This document shows, piece by piece, positions 1-13,439 of a stretch of 64,000 bases of DNA; positions within the stretch are counted from its first letter, which is position 1; every line of letters begins with the position of its first letter. The position numbers and the translations under genes are program-made. The notes beneath the pieces were generated by a model that ran no database searches, had not been told where the DNA came from, and saw only the letters and a list, made by a program, of their open reading frames with translations. Source of the DNA: Pavona decussata (Eukaryota); the NCBI GenBank assembly GCA_977016875.1, contig CDRNST010000233.1:930001-994000 (forward strand). The letters run 5' to 3'.

Positions 1-119
1 CAGGAATGGGCATTAAAGGAAAGAAGAGTAATTCATGAAGGAAGAAAGTGCCACAGGTTTGTTAGTCGTAACAGACTAACAAAGTGTCACCCTCGTTAAA
101 CAAAGTTTATTTATTTTAC

Positions 120-150
<31 letters not shown>

Positions 151-291
151 TTTTAAGACTAAGCTTGCAAGCAAAATCTGAATTAACAAAGCTTAAGACA
201 TAAGTTAGGAAAAAATTCCCGCAAGCTTGTAAGTAATTCCTAAAAGATGTCTGAAAACACATGCATTCAGTAAAAACTTCACCTCAGGCCC

Positions 292-481
292 AATAGGTCA
301 TTTTCATGATGGCGTCATTTTACTACAACTACCAGAATTCATTTCCTTTTCCTTTTCAAATGCAAATTTTGTAATCCCAGTAGAGAGCAAAGAACAATAG
401 CTCTAATTAGCATGAGAAAAGAAAAACCAGAAGGATTCTGGTAGTTGTAGTAAAATGACGCCATAGTGAAAATGTCCTATT
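292..481. mobile_element. Palindromic MITE, copy 1
   Basis: Long terminal inverted repeats (aataggtcattttca...ctacaactaccagaat / attctggtagttgtag...tgaaaatgtcctatt). A second copy lies at 19584-19781. Confidence 0.75.
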
Positions 482-705
482 TGACTCGAATAAGTGTTTT
501 CTACAGTACAGTAAAACATTATGTTAGTTTGCTGATTTAGTTTGACTTGTACTTTGTAGTTTAGGGAGCCGTGGGGTACAAATTTTTTTAGTGCAATATT
601 CTTTAACCGAATTTGACTCGAATAAGTGTTTTGTCCAGCAACAGTATTTTAATTCGCTGATTCAGTTTGACTTGTACTTGGTAATTTAGGGAGCAGTGGG
701 GTACA
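479..705. repeat. Imperfect tandem duplication, ~130 bp unit
   Basis: atttgactcgaataagtgtttt...gtttgacttgtact...tagggagc.gtggggtaca occurs twice (~479 and ~612). Confidence 0.7.
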
Positions 706-1505
706 GTGTTTTTGTAATTCCATTTAGTCAGCATAGTGGTGGGATCCAGTAGGACTGCACCTGTTCAAAGTCCTATTTTCACTGGACCTTGATAACCTAC
801 AGCTCCACTGTTTTTAGGGTTGGGATCATTGTTCTGTTGTTCATTCTTTTGTTCTTTCGACCAATAATGTGAGAGGCTGCAGGTCGCCCCGTGCGATCAA
901 GGAGCCTCGGCTGAATCTGAAAAATTTCGGTAAACTCTATTTAGCCTGGGGGGAGGCACATTCCACCGTTTGTAAGTTCGAAAAAACACTATGACAATGA
1001 AACTTAATAAAGGCGTTTATAGAGCGTCCAAAAATTGCTTCCTCTGGTGTCCACAAAATGAGGCGATAGCGTCAAGTGACGTTAAAATTTCGTCAAATGT
1101 TCAGCACAACCGCCAATCTTGGATTTAATTAACACGTCAGAAAACACAAACTGGTTATAAATTTAATAAATAAAGAACGGCTAACTATATTATGCGTGGG
1201 ACTATCCCTGATAAGCTGGGGAAATAATTATTACGGTAATTAATGTACCTAGAAAGTGCACATTAGTGTGATTTTACTTTAATTTCAAGGTATAAGATAA
1301 ACGCTTTGACAATTCCATGATGCAATCTTGTTAACAGCTCAGCCTCTTGTACGTTTTTTTCTAAACAGTCAGACAGGTCAGTGTTTTTTTTTATTTTTTA
1401 GTTCCATCGAAAATATCGTATAGTTCAACTCTACCCGCAAATAGCAAAAGCCAATTGACGCTTTTTGGACAAGTACCTTCTAATTAGACAATGTCTTTTT
1501 ATCAG

Positions 1506-4500
1506 GAATCTTGGTGACAACAATATAAATAACATCTCAAGGGACATTTTTAAAAATCTCAAGGGATTGAGAAAACTGTGAGTACTTTACTCTGTAAGAC
1601 AAGTTTCCTGATATTGTATTGAGAGGACAGAATAGTCTGAAAACTGCCTTTCGGAGACAGGGAAAGGCCCACCTTCAATCCCCCTCCCCACCCGTTTCAT
1701 TCGCTCCTTGTCAGATATTTTTAAGAGCCCAACAAGTCATACTGGAAGCCGGAAAACATACATTGATCAGTATTTAAACTGGAATTAAAGTTAAAACTAA
1801 CTGTGGGTTAGCTTAATCGTACTTTGAACAACTCGGCCCAGATTAATTTGTAAATAATTTCAGGTTTTTAACGAGAAACAAGTTATCTTATTTAGAGGAT
1901 GGACTTCTTCCGAGCAGTACCAGACTTGAACACTTGTGAGTAATTTAAATGATGTACAACTGATCTTATGACAATTGTCGCTTTTGACGTCAGTGCAAAT
2001 CGAACATGACCCTAAAAGGCGCCTAATTAAAGTAAAAGTGTCACGCGAATTTAATGTCATTTCGCTGACAAAAAATTGTTTGTCTGTCAACAGAAATAAA
2101 AGAATAATAATTGCCTAGTTTTGTTATAAATTATCACCCCAGTGTGCAATAAAACTGTCGAAAAGTGCCTCTGGCTAGAATGGAATGGATCGAAACTTGA
2201 AAAATATTAGGCAAACGTTTTTCCAGATCACGCGTTGTTCTTTCATGAATTGAAGTAATTCCTCTCGTTGTTTTAGAATTGTTTTGTAGCTATTTGAAGG
2301 TCTTATTTCACCATTTTAAACAAAATTGGTCAAAAACCCCAACGTGCGCACGCCGTAGTTGGTAACTCAAGTTATCCCAGACATAAACGTGGTTAATTCA
2401 AAAAGACAATACTGGATTGTTAAACTACCGACACTTTTCCAAAACAGAGAACTAAGCAGCAACCAGTTGACAGAGATTCCAGCCAAACTGTTGAGTAACC
2501 TTACATCTATGAATGTTCTGTAAGTATACAATTTACGTGATTTGAAATACGACTTAATAAGTAAACTGGCATTGAATTAATCTGACTGCAACAAATTACC
2601 CTTTATCTTTTGGGCGTAATCGCAGATCAAAGGGTACTGGGCTCTGACTACCGAGCACCTCAGGGACCCCCATCCATATTTGAAACGCTAAAGAACATAC
2701 AAAGAGTAACATTTAGCAAAACGTTATTAAATGAGGCTGGATTCTTTTTATTAATTTTTTGAGCTTTTTAGCGAGAAAACATCTACAAAGTCAGCAGCAA
2801 AAATAACCTGTCGATTTGCAAAAGTTTCTGCTGAACAATCGAAAGTATTTTTTATAAAACATTTTCTCTTTTTAAATCTAGGCTTTCGGCAGTGTTTTCG
2901 TTGAGCGTGCCCTGGAAAAGTTAAGTTTATTTGCGTTCGGTTTGGCACTCGGAAGTGCTATCAAACGCTAAATCGTATATATATAGTGATAGGATAATTA
3001 AAACGCCGTTTAACAAAATACCCGTACCCGTCGACTTGGCCAAGGACCCAGTTGCTGTGCCATGTGGACCGTTCTTCGGCGCAATGAATAATTCAATTTG
3101 AGGAAATCAAAAAGATGACTATATGATACAGAATATAATATTTTCATTAAAAGTTGCATAAATGGTGAATTTGAAAGAAGTACAGAAGGTTCGGGCTGGC
3201 TTAGCCCTTTATCAGTGGTAGTCAAGTGTGATTTGGCTTAGACCGAAATGTCTGAAATTTCTTCAAATTTTGCCACTTCTCGACCAGTTACCTAACGCTT
3301 ATAGCTTTTATATGAGTGCCAAGCAGCTGACGAATATTTTCGTTTTACCTTGGATATTTTCATTGCCTTTCTCGTTATCGTTTGTTTTGTTTGAATTTCA
3401 CGCAGAACGTTGAATGATAATCAACTGAGCAAAATCCCTCAGGAGGTTGGATCGATGACCAATCTACGCCTATTGTGAGTTGAAGGCATATGCTTGTTTG
3501 TATACGAACTTCTCAAACTCATTAATAATTCAAAAGCCAAAGACAAAGGAAATCATGCACCGTGAAGTGTTTGGAAATCTGATGAAAAACTCCTCGTTTT
3601 TGCATCCTTAATTTCTCCTTCAAAATCAGTTTGTTTGAGAAGTTATATCAAACACTCGTCACAGTGTTTCATCACAATATCAAAAACCTCGAAGCTCGTC
3701 AAAAATACTCCGCTACGCGTCGTATTTTCAACTCTCTTCTCGGTGTTTGATATGTGATGAAACACTGGGTCTCGTGTTTGACATATTACTTCAAAATATC
3801 GTTTTTATCTTGAAATATCGCTTACAATAATAACAACGTCAAAAATTAGTTGGTACACTTATCCTTTATACTACACTACTGCACTTTTTTAATTTCATAT
3901 GTAGTTGGATGTAATTTTTTGGCAATGAATAAACCCAATCTGTTTCTGAACCTCTAATAAACAATGACTGTGAATGTTTTTATTTAAGGGACATATCAAG
4001 TAACAAAATAGATCGCATTCCCGTTGGACTGTTTGGAAGCCTAAGTCACCTTAAAGTTTTGTAAGTACTCTGTTCTGGAATGTTAACCCCAACTAGACTT
4101 TCTTTTTTCTAACTTTCTTTTTTCTTCTAGGGCCGGGCGGGGGTGGATTCCGCCATCCCACCTCCATCTCCACTATCAGTTAAAAATATCAGCCATTTCT
4201 CAGCCATCAGCTAAAATTTTTCTCAGCTATCAGTTGTCGGTCGGATCGATCTTAGTTAAACGGTTTACCTCTCACGCAGGTGTTTCGGTTTGTATCGTAT
4301 TACTGGTGTCCCTATCATTAGCCGAACAGTTTCGAGTATCATCCGAGTATTTTCAGAGACATTTCGAGTGGTTCCAATTTCGTTCGAGACTTTGCGAACG
4401 CGGCTTATTATCTTCTGACGATCACACGACTTCTAGAAACAACTGGTGAGGGGCTCCAAGTCATCTTCGGTGACAGCCCAGGTTCCAGGCATTAACGAAA

Positions 4501-5414
4501 CGCAGGCAAACTTTAGGCATCCAGTTAACTGTTTCCGTAACGTTTCTCAGCTAGCAGTTAACAATAAATATTTCGGCCCCTTCTAAGCTATCAGTTAAAT
4601 GAACCCCACTAGACCTTCACAGTAGGTAATAAATGACAAATTTGTATTTGTGTTAATTTTATAATCCACGTGTATTTTTGCAGATCGCTGCAACGGAACA
4701 TGATCAGTTCTATAACAACAGAAACGTTTGCCAACGTAACAGAGCTCGATTTTTTGTAAGTTTGAAATAAAGTGGTTCAGTCGTTTACAGTCCATGTTTT
4801 ATGTTGTATTAATGATGTATTTGGTAGATAGCCTTCTAAACGATCACTTATGCACGAGTATCACTTGCTTCACCAGATATCTTTGTCAAATGCTTTTGCT
4901 TTATAATTATTTGTTTTGCTTTTTTTATATAGTGAAATTGAACTTAGCTACCCAAAGCTAGTTTATAGGCACTCCACTGACTCAGTGATAACGGGAAACA
5001 AATAATCAAATTAAACATAACAGGTTAAAAATCCCAACTGGCAGGAGACAAACCAGCTGGCTTTTTACAAGCCTGACCGACGACGGGCCCAAACCCGCGA
5101 CCTCCGGATTTCAAGTCCAGTTCCCTAACCTTTGCGCCACTTCGCCTCCCATCCGTCTATCTGATACTCACATCAGATATCTTGGTCCGGGAGAAATTCA
5201 AATTCAAATTCAGCTTGACGTATTTTCCTGATCAATGCCAAGGGCTTTTAGCATGTATCCGTTTCCTGCGGACATTATTTTAAATCCCAATTGTTTTTGG
5301 CACTCTTTCCTTTGATTCCATGCCGTTTTCGAAGCTGTCGTCAAACTCGAACAAATACACGACTCCATCAACAATTTGCTGTAACAATATTTTATCGTGT
5401 CTGAATAAACGCTT

Positions 5415-5446
<32 letters not shown>

Positions 5447-8400
5447 GAACCAAGTAGCGAAGTAAACTCACTATGTAAAGGAACTGACCTCCTTATCACA
5501 TACACAATTTTCTCTGAATGTCAATTTCCAGGTTGCTGAATCAAAATCGTCTCAGCAAGATTCCCGACAAAACTTTTGTGAATCTTCAGAAGCTGCGAGT
5601 ACTGTAAGTACTTGAGGGTCACTCCATCCACTTTTCATAATCTAAACGTAACTACAAACTAATTCTACAGATATGTTTTAATTGTTTTAATAGAATGCTC
5701 AGTGACAACAAAATAAACAACGTTGGATCCAAGGCGTTTGTAATAGGCAACTCCAGTATGACAGTGTAAGTATCCAAAACATATTGTAGTAACGACCAAC
5801 TTTTAAAACTTTTCACGGTTTAAGTTTTTCAACTCTAATAGAAAGTTCGATACAATTTCTTTATGAAAAGATACTTGATTCGCACTGCACTGAGAACAGT
5901 TGATTCACAGTCGATGGAAGGTCTCGACGGACTAACCACGAAAATGTAAGTATTTAATGAAGTATTTCAATTAATTAATTATAAGTGTCAATGTATTTAG
6001 CTCAGAGAACTAAATGAGGACCCTCCCCAGCTCGATCCAGGACCACGCTGGTGTTGGAGGCTAGTTTTCGCACGACTGCGCCATCCCTGTTCCCCCAAGT
6101 TGAGTTAAAAATGGATAAGGGGGTTAATTTCTGAAGGAACTACGGTGCTGCATCGATGCAGTGGGGAGTAGAAACGAATGTTTGATTTTATCAAAAAAGT
6201 TGATGAGGTGATTTGACCACGGTAAAGAGATTCGAGTGCTGATGTTTTGAGCGTTAGACTTTCGTCAGAGCGACTACAGACGTTTGCAAGGAGACGCCGG
6301 CAATTTTTTGCCCAGACTCACTGTCAGATTCCAAAAAAACGTCTATGAAAATTCGCTTTGACGAAAGGCTAATGTTCGAAACGTCAACAATCGCCGGCAT
6401 GTCTCGCATCTCTTTACCGTAGCCAAGGTTACGTTCCCAATTCAACTCTGTTGATAAACCCAAACATTTAATTAAAATTGCTTTAGTCAAGTTACGCTCG
6501 TTATGCGTTTGAAGACATTTCTTGTCCAATAAATTCCCCTGGATTGACCTCATGGTGCCATTGTCGTTTCAACCGACTCTAATGGTTTCTCATATTTTAG
6601 GAGCTTACTGTCATGGCGCCTATAAGTTCTCTCATGTGCTTAATTTTGTCCAAACAGATGATGCTAGTTGTGGTACTTCAAGCTTAGAGCCGTGTGAAAT
6701 ATACAAAACGAAATTAAAGGAATAATGGGGGAATGCTTACCTCGATTTAGTTATATAAGTACTCAGATTACTCGCAGAAAACGACATCTAACGCTCTGAA
6801 ACGAAAACATTACGGCCACCCCAGTCAACCCCTGTTCTAAACATTCTTCCTCCTCACACTACATATAATAAGGTCTCCCTCCCGCTGGATAGTATACGTA
6901 GTCAGCTACACCAGAAATTCGTGTCACAAGGTTGTTGTTGGTCTTGATTTGCTCCAAGGAGTTTCTCCGAGAGCTCGATCTTTGGAAATTAACCGAAGTG
7001 AAGCACTGCTGACGTACCGTTTCTTTCTAAAACAAACATTTATTTATTTATTTATTTATTTATTTATTTGTTCTGCAGAACTATGAGTGATGGATACATC
7101 GGTTCTATGGCTTTCATAGGCAAGAATGGTACTTCTGTGCGCTGTAGGCTACAACTGTAAGTAAAGATTATCCAGTTATGGCCGGCCGGTAATTGTACCG
7201 TGCTTTCGTCAAAAATCTGCTTAATCTTAAAACTCTGCTCTTATGAACAGCTTCTAAACCACCAACGGGGTAATTATCAAGTGAATTTTCAAGGAAAGAA
7301 CGATCCACATAATTCAAAACATACTTTACACAAAAAGCTGTTCTTCACAAAATGAAAAAAGTCGAGGATCCTTGCTGTCCTTACTGCACAAATCAGTGGA
7401 GCAAACAGTCACCCACGTTATTTGTATCCTGTCCTATTGCTGTTTCCTTCTGGTCCGACTTCACTGGTTGGTACCAGTGCATTTCCAAAGAAACTCCAAC
7501 TCTAGGCAGGAAAGAAATCGTGTACGGCATCTTGAATAATTGGTCCTCTTGTTCAGTCCTAAACCATCTTATTCTTATTGGTAAATACCGTGACCTAATC
7601 TATTGTAAAGCAATACATAGAGTCAATTTTCGTTTTGCTGATTTTAAAGCGTTATTACATCGATCAAAAGATTGAAACAGAAAAATACATAGTATTCAGC
7701 TAAAACAAATACAGCAGTTTTTACGAAAAATGGGCCAGATTTTTAAATTGACAACTAATTTCAATGTTATTGTTTGTATAGTTTTTTTTTTGTAGCTTAA
7801 TAGTTTGAATTCTTTAAATGAGATTCATTGTAAGCTTTGTTACATGTAATTAACAGTGTAGTATATACGCCTTGTTTTCTCGCACCACTTATATTGTATG
7901 TAATATTTTATACCTCAGCTCTGTAATGTGTGTTTGACTGTTAAATAAAGAACTTCGAAAAAAAAAAAGAACGATCAACAACAAGCTCCTACCGATTATC
8001 TAAGACACACTGTTAATGGACAATGGAAGGGAACGAGACCATCTAATTATATAAGTGCATCAAGTGAGTTTCTGCAGAGATGAAATACACTGAATGTATG
8101 CGTTGCTGCACACTGCAATTTGCTCAGATCTCATTACTTATTCTTTGACAATTTACTCTCTCCTCAAAATTTAGTGGCGTTGGAAACAGTGAAGATGAAT
8201 ATATCAAACTCGGTGATCTTGAAGGCAACACTATGGGCGTCATGCGGAACGCGCTACGACAATCTGGATTCGCAAAGATGTCAACTGATTTTGAATTTTT
8301 TCCTTGTCCTATCGGAACATTTGTCAACTCATCGGTTAAGGATGAGCCAAGTTGCGAAATATGTCCTCCAGGTAAAACATTTTTGTGCTTTTTTTTTTTT

Positions 8401-11400
8401 TTATTTATCCGTCTAAAGACCCATTCATCCATCCATCCATCAATCCACAATGGCGCTGTCTAGAATATACACAGCTCATTAAAAATAAACATCACTGTTT
8501 GCTCTCTTGAATTGTTTTTATAATCTGTGCGTTTTAATTTTTCTCGTTGATTACACATTACTGCTTACTTCAATCCTGGACTTCGTACAATTATTGCTAG
8601 ATTGTTGTCACCTGCTGGGAGCATTAGGATTTTCGTTTTCCGATTTGTCACTGACTGAAAAATCCATCTATCAAAATCTTATTTGTTTTTGCAGGAGGTT
8701 ATTTTGCTGATTCCTTGGCATTCGTTAGTGAAGGATGTAAGAGGTGTCCAAATGGTACTTTTGTTTCCCTTTCTGACAGACCGGGGAAACAAGCAACAGA
8801 TTGCACAGCATGTCCACAAGGTTAGGATGAAATTATACAATAATTTTAGAACACTGTCGAAAATATCAAAGTAGTCCCCTTCAGGTGATTCTCTTCTACA
8901 CAAAAATACTATAAAATGAGTAGATCACCCGCAATGTTTTATCCATTGGGAACACTATAGACGAGAAAAGGTAACACCACACCGAATGGAAAATGAAACG
9001 TATTTAAAAGGTAGAAAAATGGCCATTTGGTTATTTACAGTACAAAGCGTGGCCTATGTCTACCGTTGAACAATACCAAGTTGTCGGGGGAGGAGAACCT
9101 GACTTTGGTAATTCCAGATGATAACCATTAGCCAACCCTCCCCCCTCCCCTCCCATTCCTCTTTGGTGTTCTTATTCAGGAAATGCCTCTAGCTCTTGTG
9201 GCCATGAAAAGATAGCACAGTGTTTTTCCTTAACGTTTATTTGTAATATGTTTCTTGCAAGTCGCAAAACTCAAACGCTTCCCTGTATTTTGCCCAGAAA
9301 GTCTCATCTCACCCCTTCTCTCTTCTTTAACTTCCGGAGTCACCCCAACAGTTACACATTTTGATTTCTATAAAGTGTTCAAAGTAATGCGATTTTAGTT
9401 ACATATAAAAGCATTTATTAAAAACTGGGTCATTGTGTAATGCAATTCCAGGGATTTTAATTGGTTTAGCGGCCATGGTATATGAGCTATAATACCACGT
9501 CCAAGAAATAGAGACCAGTAAAAAGTCTTGTGGTTGTTCTTTCAAAGCAAAATCAGCAAGATCTAGCAATAATTCTTGATTTTTTTAGATAAAACAATTA
9601 ATCTACTAGTTCTTGTTGGGTATGAGCACGAAAATTGTTTCTCAAAGAGATGCGGAAAGCAATTTTCAGGAGCGCCCCATTTTTTCACTCACTCCACTAT
9701 CCCTGAGAAAATCAGACACTACTCGTAATCTGAATGTTACATGTTGGTCTTCCCTTGTCTTTCAAAAGGAACCGACACCAACTCATTTGCCGGGCTTCGA
9801 GCGTGTAATTGTCTCAACGGTTTCTATCGCACTCACATGTTCAAGGGCTGTGAACCCTGTGAAAAAGATGGACTGGAGTGTAAAAATGACTACGCCACGC
9901 TTAAACCGGGATATTGGTGGAAATGGTATAATGACATCTACAAAAGCTACTACCGGAACTTCACTTTAAATCTTCTTGCGCCGAATCCTTCGTTTTACAG
10001 CGACGTGGTTGAATACTCATTCACAATGCCTATGCCTCATGAATGCCCGAGAAAAGAATCTTGCTTGGGTGGTTTGGATTCAAGCTGTAATGAAGGCTAC
10101 GAAGGACCACTCTGTGAGGTTTGTAGCCATAGGTACTATAAGCGGCTTCAGTCGTGCAAGAGGTGTCCATCGAAAGCTTGGATGGCAGGACAATTGACCA
10201 TCATTATAGTTCTGCTATTGATACTTGTTATAGTCGTGGTGTGGACAAGTATAAAGAAGAACAGAGAGAGCAAAAGACGTCCTCTGGTGGACATCATTTT
10301 GGCCAGGCTAAAAATCATCATTGGATTTTATCAAGTCACGTTTGGATTGCTAGAAGCTTTCTCCTTCATTAAGTGGCCAGATTCTCTGTCTGCCATAGCG
10401 AGGTATTCAGAAATGCTTCAACTGAACGTCCTTCAGATTGCTCCCATCCACTGTCTATTCCCGCAACTGAAGGTAGACGCATTCGGAAGTTTGTTCACCA
10501 TCCTGATGATGAACGCTGCAGCTGTTGCATTTGCACTTGCAGCTTATGGAGTGAGACGGTTCATGATCGCACGAAATGGTCAACTGAGCGATGACTCAAA
10601 CGCGAAACAAATTTCTCAGACCAAGGAACTGATCTACAGAAACCTGTTTTTCTTCCTGTTTGTCACGTACCTTAGCACTTGTTCAAAGACTGCAAATGTC
10701 CTCCCGCTTGCTTGCCGTAAGGTTTGTCATGACGAATCCAAAGAAATCTGCTTCAAGTACCTGAAAGCGGACTTCACTGTTGATTGCAATAGCCCAAGAT
10801 ACAAGCGTTTGGTCATCGCGGCATATTGTGCAATAGTCTACATCATCTCCATACCGCTTGCGTCTTACGTGATTCTTTGGAGGCAAAACAGGAAAATCAA
10901 AACGTCGACGGAAAACGAGTCACCACCGATCCAAAACCTTAACAACGAACTAGCAGCAGGTATGCGATTTCTTTCGGAGAATTACACTGCCAGATCGTGG
11001 TATTGGGAACTTGTCGAGACTGTCCGCAAAGTGATATTAACATCTGGTTTGATTCTTGTGGGAGGGGAAAGCAGAGCGTATGTTGGTTTGGCTTGTGTTG
11101 TATCCGGACTCTATGGAATGTTCTTTGCCTACGTGAGACCAGTGGAAGATCCGTTTGAAAACAAACTGATGCTTACATCCCTGGCTGTTACGTTTGTCAA
11201 TTTGGGCATTGGCGCCGTCAGTAAAATCCCCAAAGAGAATGTTCCAGCCTCGATTGACCCGTACGTGGACACAGTAATGTTCAACGTCTTAGTGATTGGA
11301 GCAAACACTCTGGTCATAGGGCTGCTTGTTGGTAAGTACATAGACATGGACCCGTACTAATCTATTACATTTTATGTTTCTAAATAAGATTGGAACATGT

Positions 11401-12772
11401 CCATGTAAGAATGAGATATAAAGGTCGGGACACCGTAAGGGACATGTAACAGGGACATATAGTAGGAACAGGTCCCTTCGTGTGCACTCCATAAATAGGA
11501 GGCACGTTGCAGGGACAAAACGCATGAAAACTCCTGGGGACAGTTTGCAAGAGCAGCACACGATGCGACATTGAACAAAATTTGGGTCACTTTGTCGCCA
11601 CTCAAATTCATACCAGCTGAAATTCATACAGCTTGTAGCGGGGACAACCTTCTGTCCTTTCAACAGGACTTTGTTATTAAAAAAGGGGGACGTGGCGGGA
11701 AGAGGCCAAGGGGAACTGTCTCTGTGACATATCCCCGCTTCATTTCCCTGCTACACGTCCCCACGTCGGTGTTCCGACCTTAATACGAACCTCATTATTT
11801 CATCCTCCTGTTTCTGGAGGCCGGGCAGTCTGTCTGTGGGTAAAATATTGTCTACGTATCAAGTCCATCTCAATCAAAAGTGTAAGAATACATGCTACGT
11901 ACACAGTAATATAAAAAAATTGTATGGTTTTCTTATCATCAATTCGAACCTTTTCTAAGATTTCTACTAAGGTTAACTTAAACACCTTAGCATGTGTACT
12001 ATGTAATTTAATAACATCTTTAAGACCTTTTTCAAGCCCAAATTGTGAGAAATTCAAAACGTTCAATTCTACTCCAGCCTTAGCCAAAAGAGCAAAGCGC
12101 AATTAACATCGAGAGATTATCGAACGCTTGAAAGCTAAGGTAACATGAAATGGGAAGCTAAATAAGATGGTTGTCAATTACACTGTACATCTTGCAATTG
12201 GCTTCCGAACAAAAAATATGAAATGATCGATCGAGTGACTAGCTTTCAAATGAGTCCCAACAGTAATTTGAATTTGCTTTGATTTACTCTTCTGTACTTT
12301 TAAAGCAAAACAAAATTAACTCGCCGGGAGTAGAAATTAAAAGGTCAGTTTTTGGCTTAATATATATTTTTTTATTTCAGTCCAGTACGCTGTCTACCTT
12401 TACCACTTCATAAAAGAATGGCGCAAAAATCCCCAGTGGTCCATGTCCTGTTGCCTGGCAATGCTTCTACCGCTGAACGACTTACAGGGAGAAATTCGGG
12501 GTTTAATGGGAAGGAACGTGATGAGGCAGCAGCTGCAGAGTGGTAGAATAGGCATGCCTTCCGTGACTGGGGCTGTGAGAGAGAGTGGAGCTGTGGACCT
12601 GGCGCTGGAAGAGAGGAACGAAGAGTCCCTTGAGGATCAGGGTCACCATGGCAACAGGCCACATAGTCCACAAATAATCACAAGCCTTGCAGATGCTTCC
12701 GTGACGACCTTTAGTGCGTTATCGCCACTAGTTGTACATTATCAACCGCAAAGACAGAATACTCCATTGTAA
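1506..12772 (+). CDS. LRR + Cys-rich + multi-pass (~9 TM) membrane receptor/channel-like protein, 5'-incomplete, at least 13 exons
   Basis: GT-AG exons joined in frame: 1506-1577, 2448-2519, 3406-3474, 3989-4060, 4684-4755, 5532-5603, 5694-5765, 5871-5945, 7079-7156, 8175-8371, 8695-8820, 9769-11331, 12381-12772 (TAA). The first exons each encode one LRR (e.g. ELSSNQLTEIPAKLLSNLTSMNVL, LLNQNRLSKIPDKTFVNLQKLRVL). These are followed by CP.GTF/CxxCP Cys repeats and hydrophobic helices with KIIIGFYQV, YLKADFTVDC, WYWELVETVRK and RP..DPFEN.L motifs. No start exon was identified. Confidence 0.85.
3639..3792. mobile_element. Palindromic MITE-like element
   Basis: gaagttatatcaaacac...cagtgtttcatcaca is the inverted complement of tgtgatgaaacactg...gtgtttgacatattacttc. 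Confidence 0.6.
5414..5447. repeat. (TTG)n microsatellite
   Basis: Direct reading. Explains the poly-Q pseudo-ORF on the minus strand. Confidence 0.9.
6238..6388. mobile_element. Penelope-like element remnant with two inverted degenerate hammerhead-ribozyme-like cores
   Basis: Minus strand CTGACGA-aagtctaacgctc-AAAAC (6268 downward). Plus strand TTGACGA-aaggctaatgttc-GAAAC-gtc (6358-6385). Confidence 0.5.
7310..7968 (+). mobile_element. 5'-truncated non-LTR retrotransposon (L1/Tx1-like 3' end, zf-RVT-like region) in an intron
   Basis: Degenerate ORF CPYC...LFVSCP....FW...LNHLILIGKY. AATAAA at 7944 and poly(A) at 7958-7968. Flanking target-site duplication aaagaacgatc(c/a)aca at 7295-7309 and 7966-7980. 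Confidence 0.8.
11422..11780. mobile_element. PIF/Harbinger-type MITE
   Basis: TIR AGGTCGGGACAC...GTGTTCCGACCT flanked by TAA on both sides, with internal AGGGACA repeats. Confidence 0.75.
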
Positions 12773-12784
12773 ACAAATGGCAAG

Positions 12785-12892
12785 CAGGTAGGCAGGAAGG
12801 AAGCAGAAAGAAGGAAGGAAGCTACGGGCCGGGAAGGCAGGAAGGAAGGTAGCCGCAAGCAGGCAGTGAAGGAAGGAAAGAAAGAAAGGAAA
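12785..12892. repeat. Purine-rich (GGAA/GGCA)n low-complexity tract just after the stop codon of the LRR-TM gene
   Basis: Direct reading. Confidence 0.8.
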
Positions 12893-13325
12893 GTATCATT
12901 GCGTCCCACGTATAACTAGCTAGGGTGCAAAAAGCACATTTTGGCTCTTTCATCATCACAGGAAACAAGTATTTGTACTGTAATCATCATGAAAGAAATT
13001 TAATTCAATTAAAATTTAGCGTAAAATATAGTTATAAAATAAGATAAGATAAGAAACCTTTATTTCAATAGGGTAACTCCTTCAGTTTTTGTACAAGATT
13101 AAAACTGCTATCCATAGAGGCCCTATATAATAACTAAATTGAGGGGAAATAATAATGATAATTACAAATACTCAGAAATGTTGTTAATTGATGGGTGAGA
13201 ATTTTTTGTACAAATTTGTAAACGCATGACAGTTAAAATTAGGCTGATAGCTTGAAGTCAATCGTTTGCATGTCTCAAGGTTGTGCCACATAAGTGTGGA
13301 ACAATACGCTTTGATTACTATACTG

Positions 13326-13439
13326 CTGGCCCTGGTTTGTCAAAGAGCGGATAACTAAATCCAGCAAATAAAATGTACTCCAACCAAAACACTTTATCCG
13401 CTGAATACAGTTATCCGCTCTTTAAGCAACGGAGGCCAG
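13326..13439. mobile_element. Short palindromic MITE
   Basis: ctggcc...aaagagcggataact / agttatccgctcttt...ggccag inverted repeat. Confidence 0.6.

Noticed and set aside
11332-11360. Stop at 11360 as the end of the TM gene
   Set aside because: A strong GTAAGT donor at 11332 splices in frame to 12381, completing the last TM helix and the tail.
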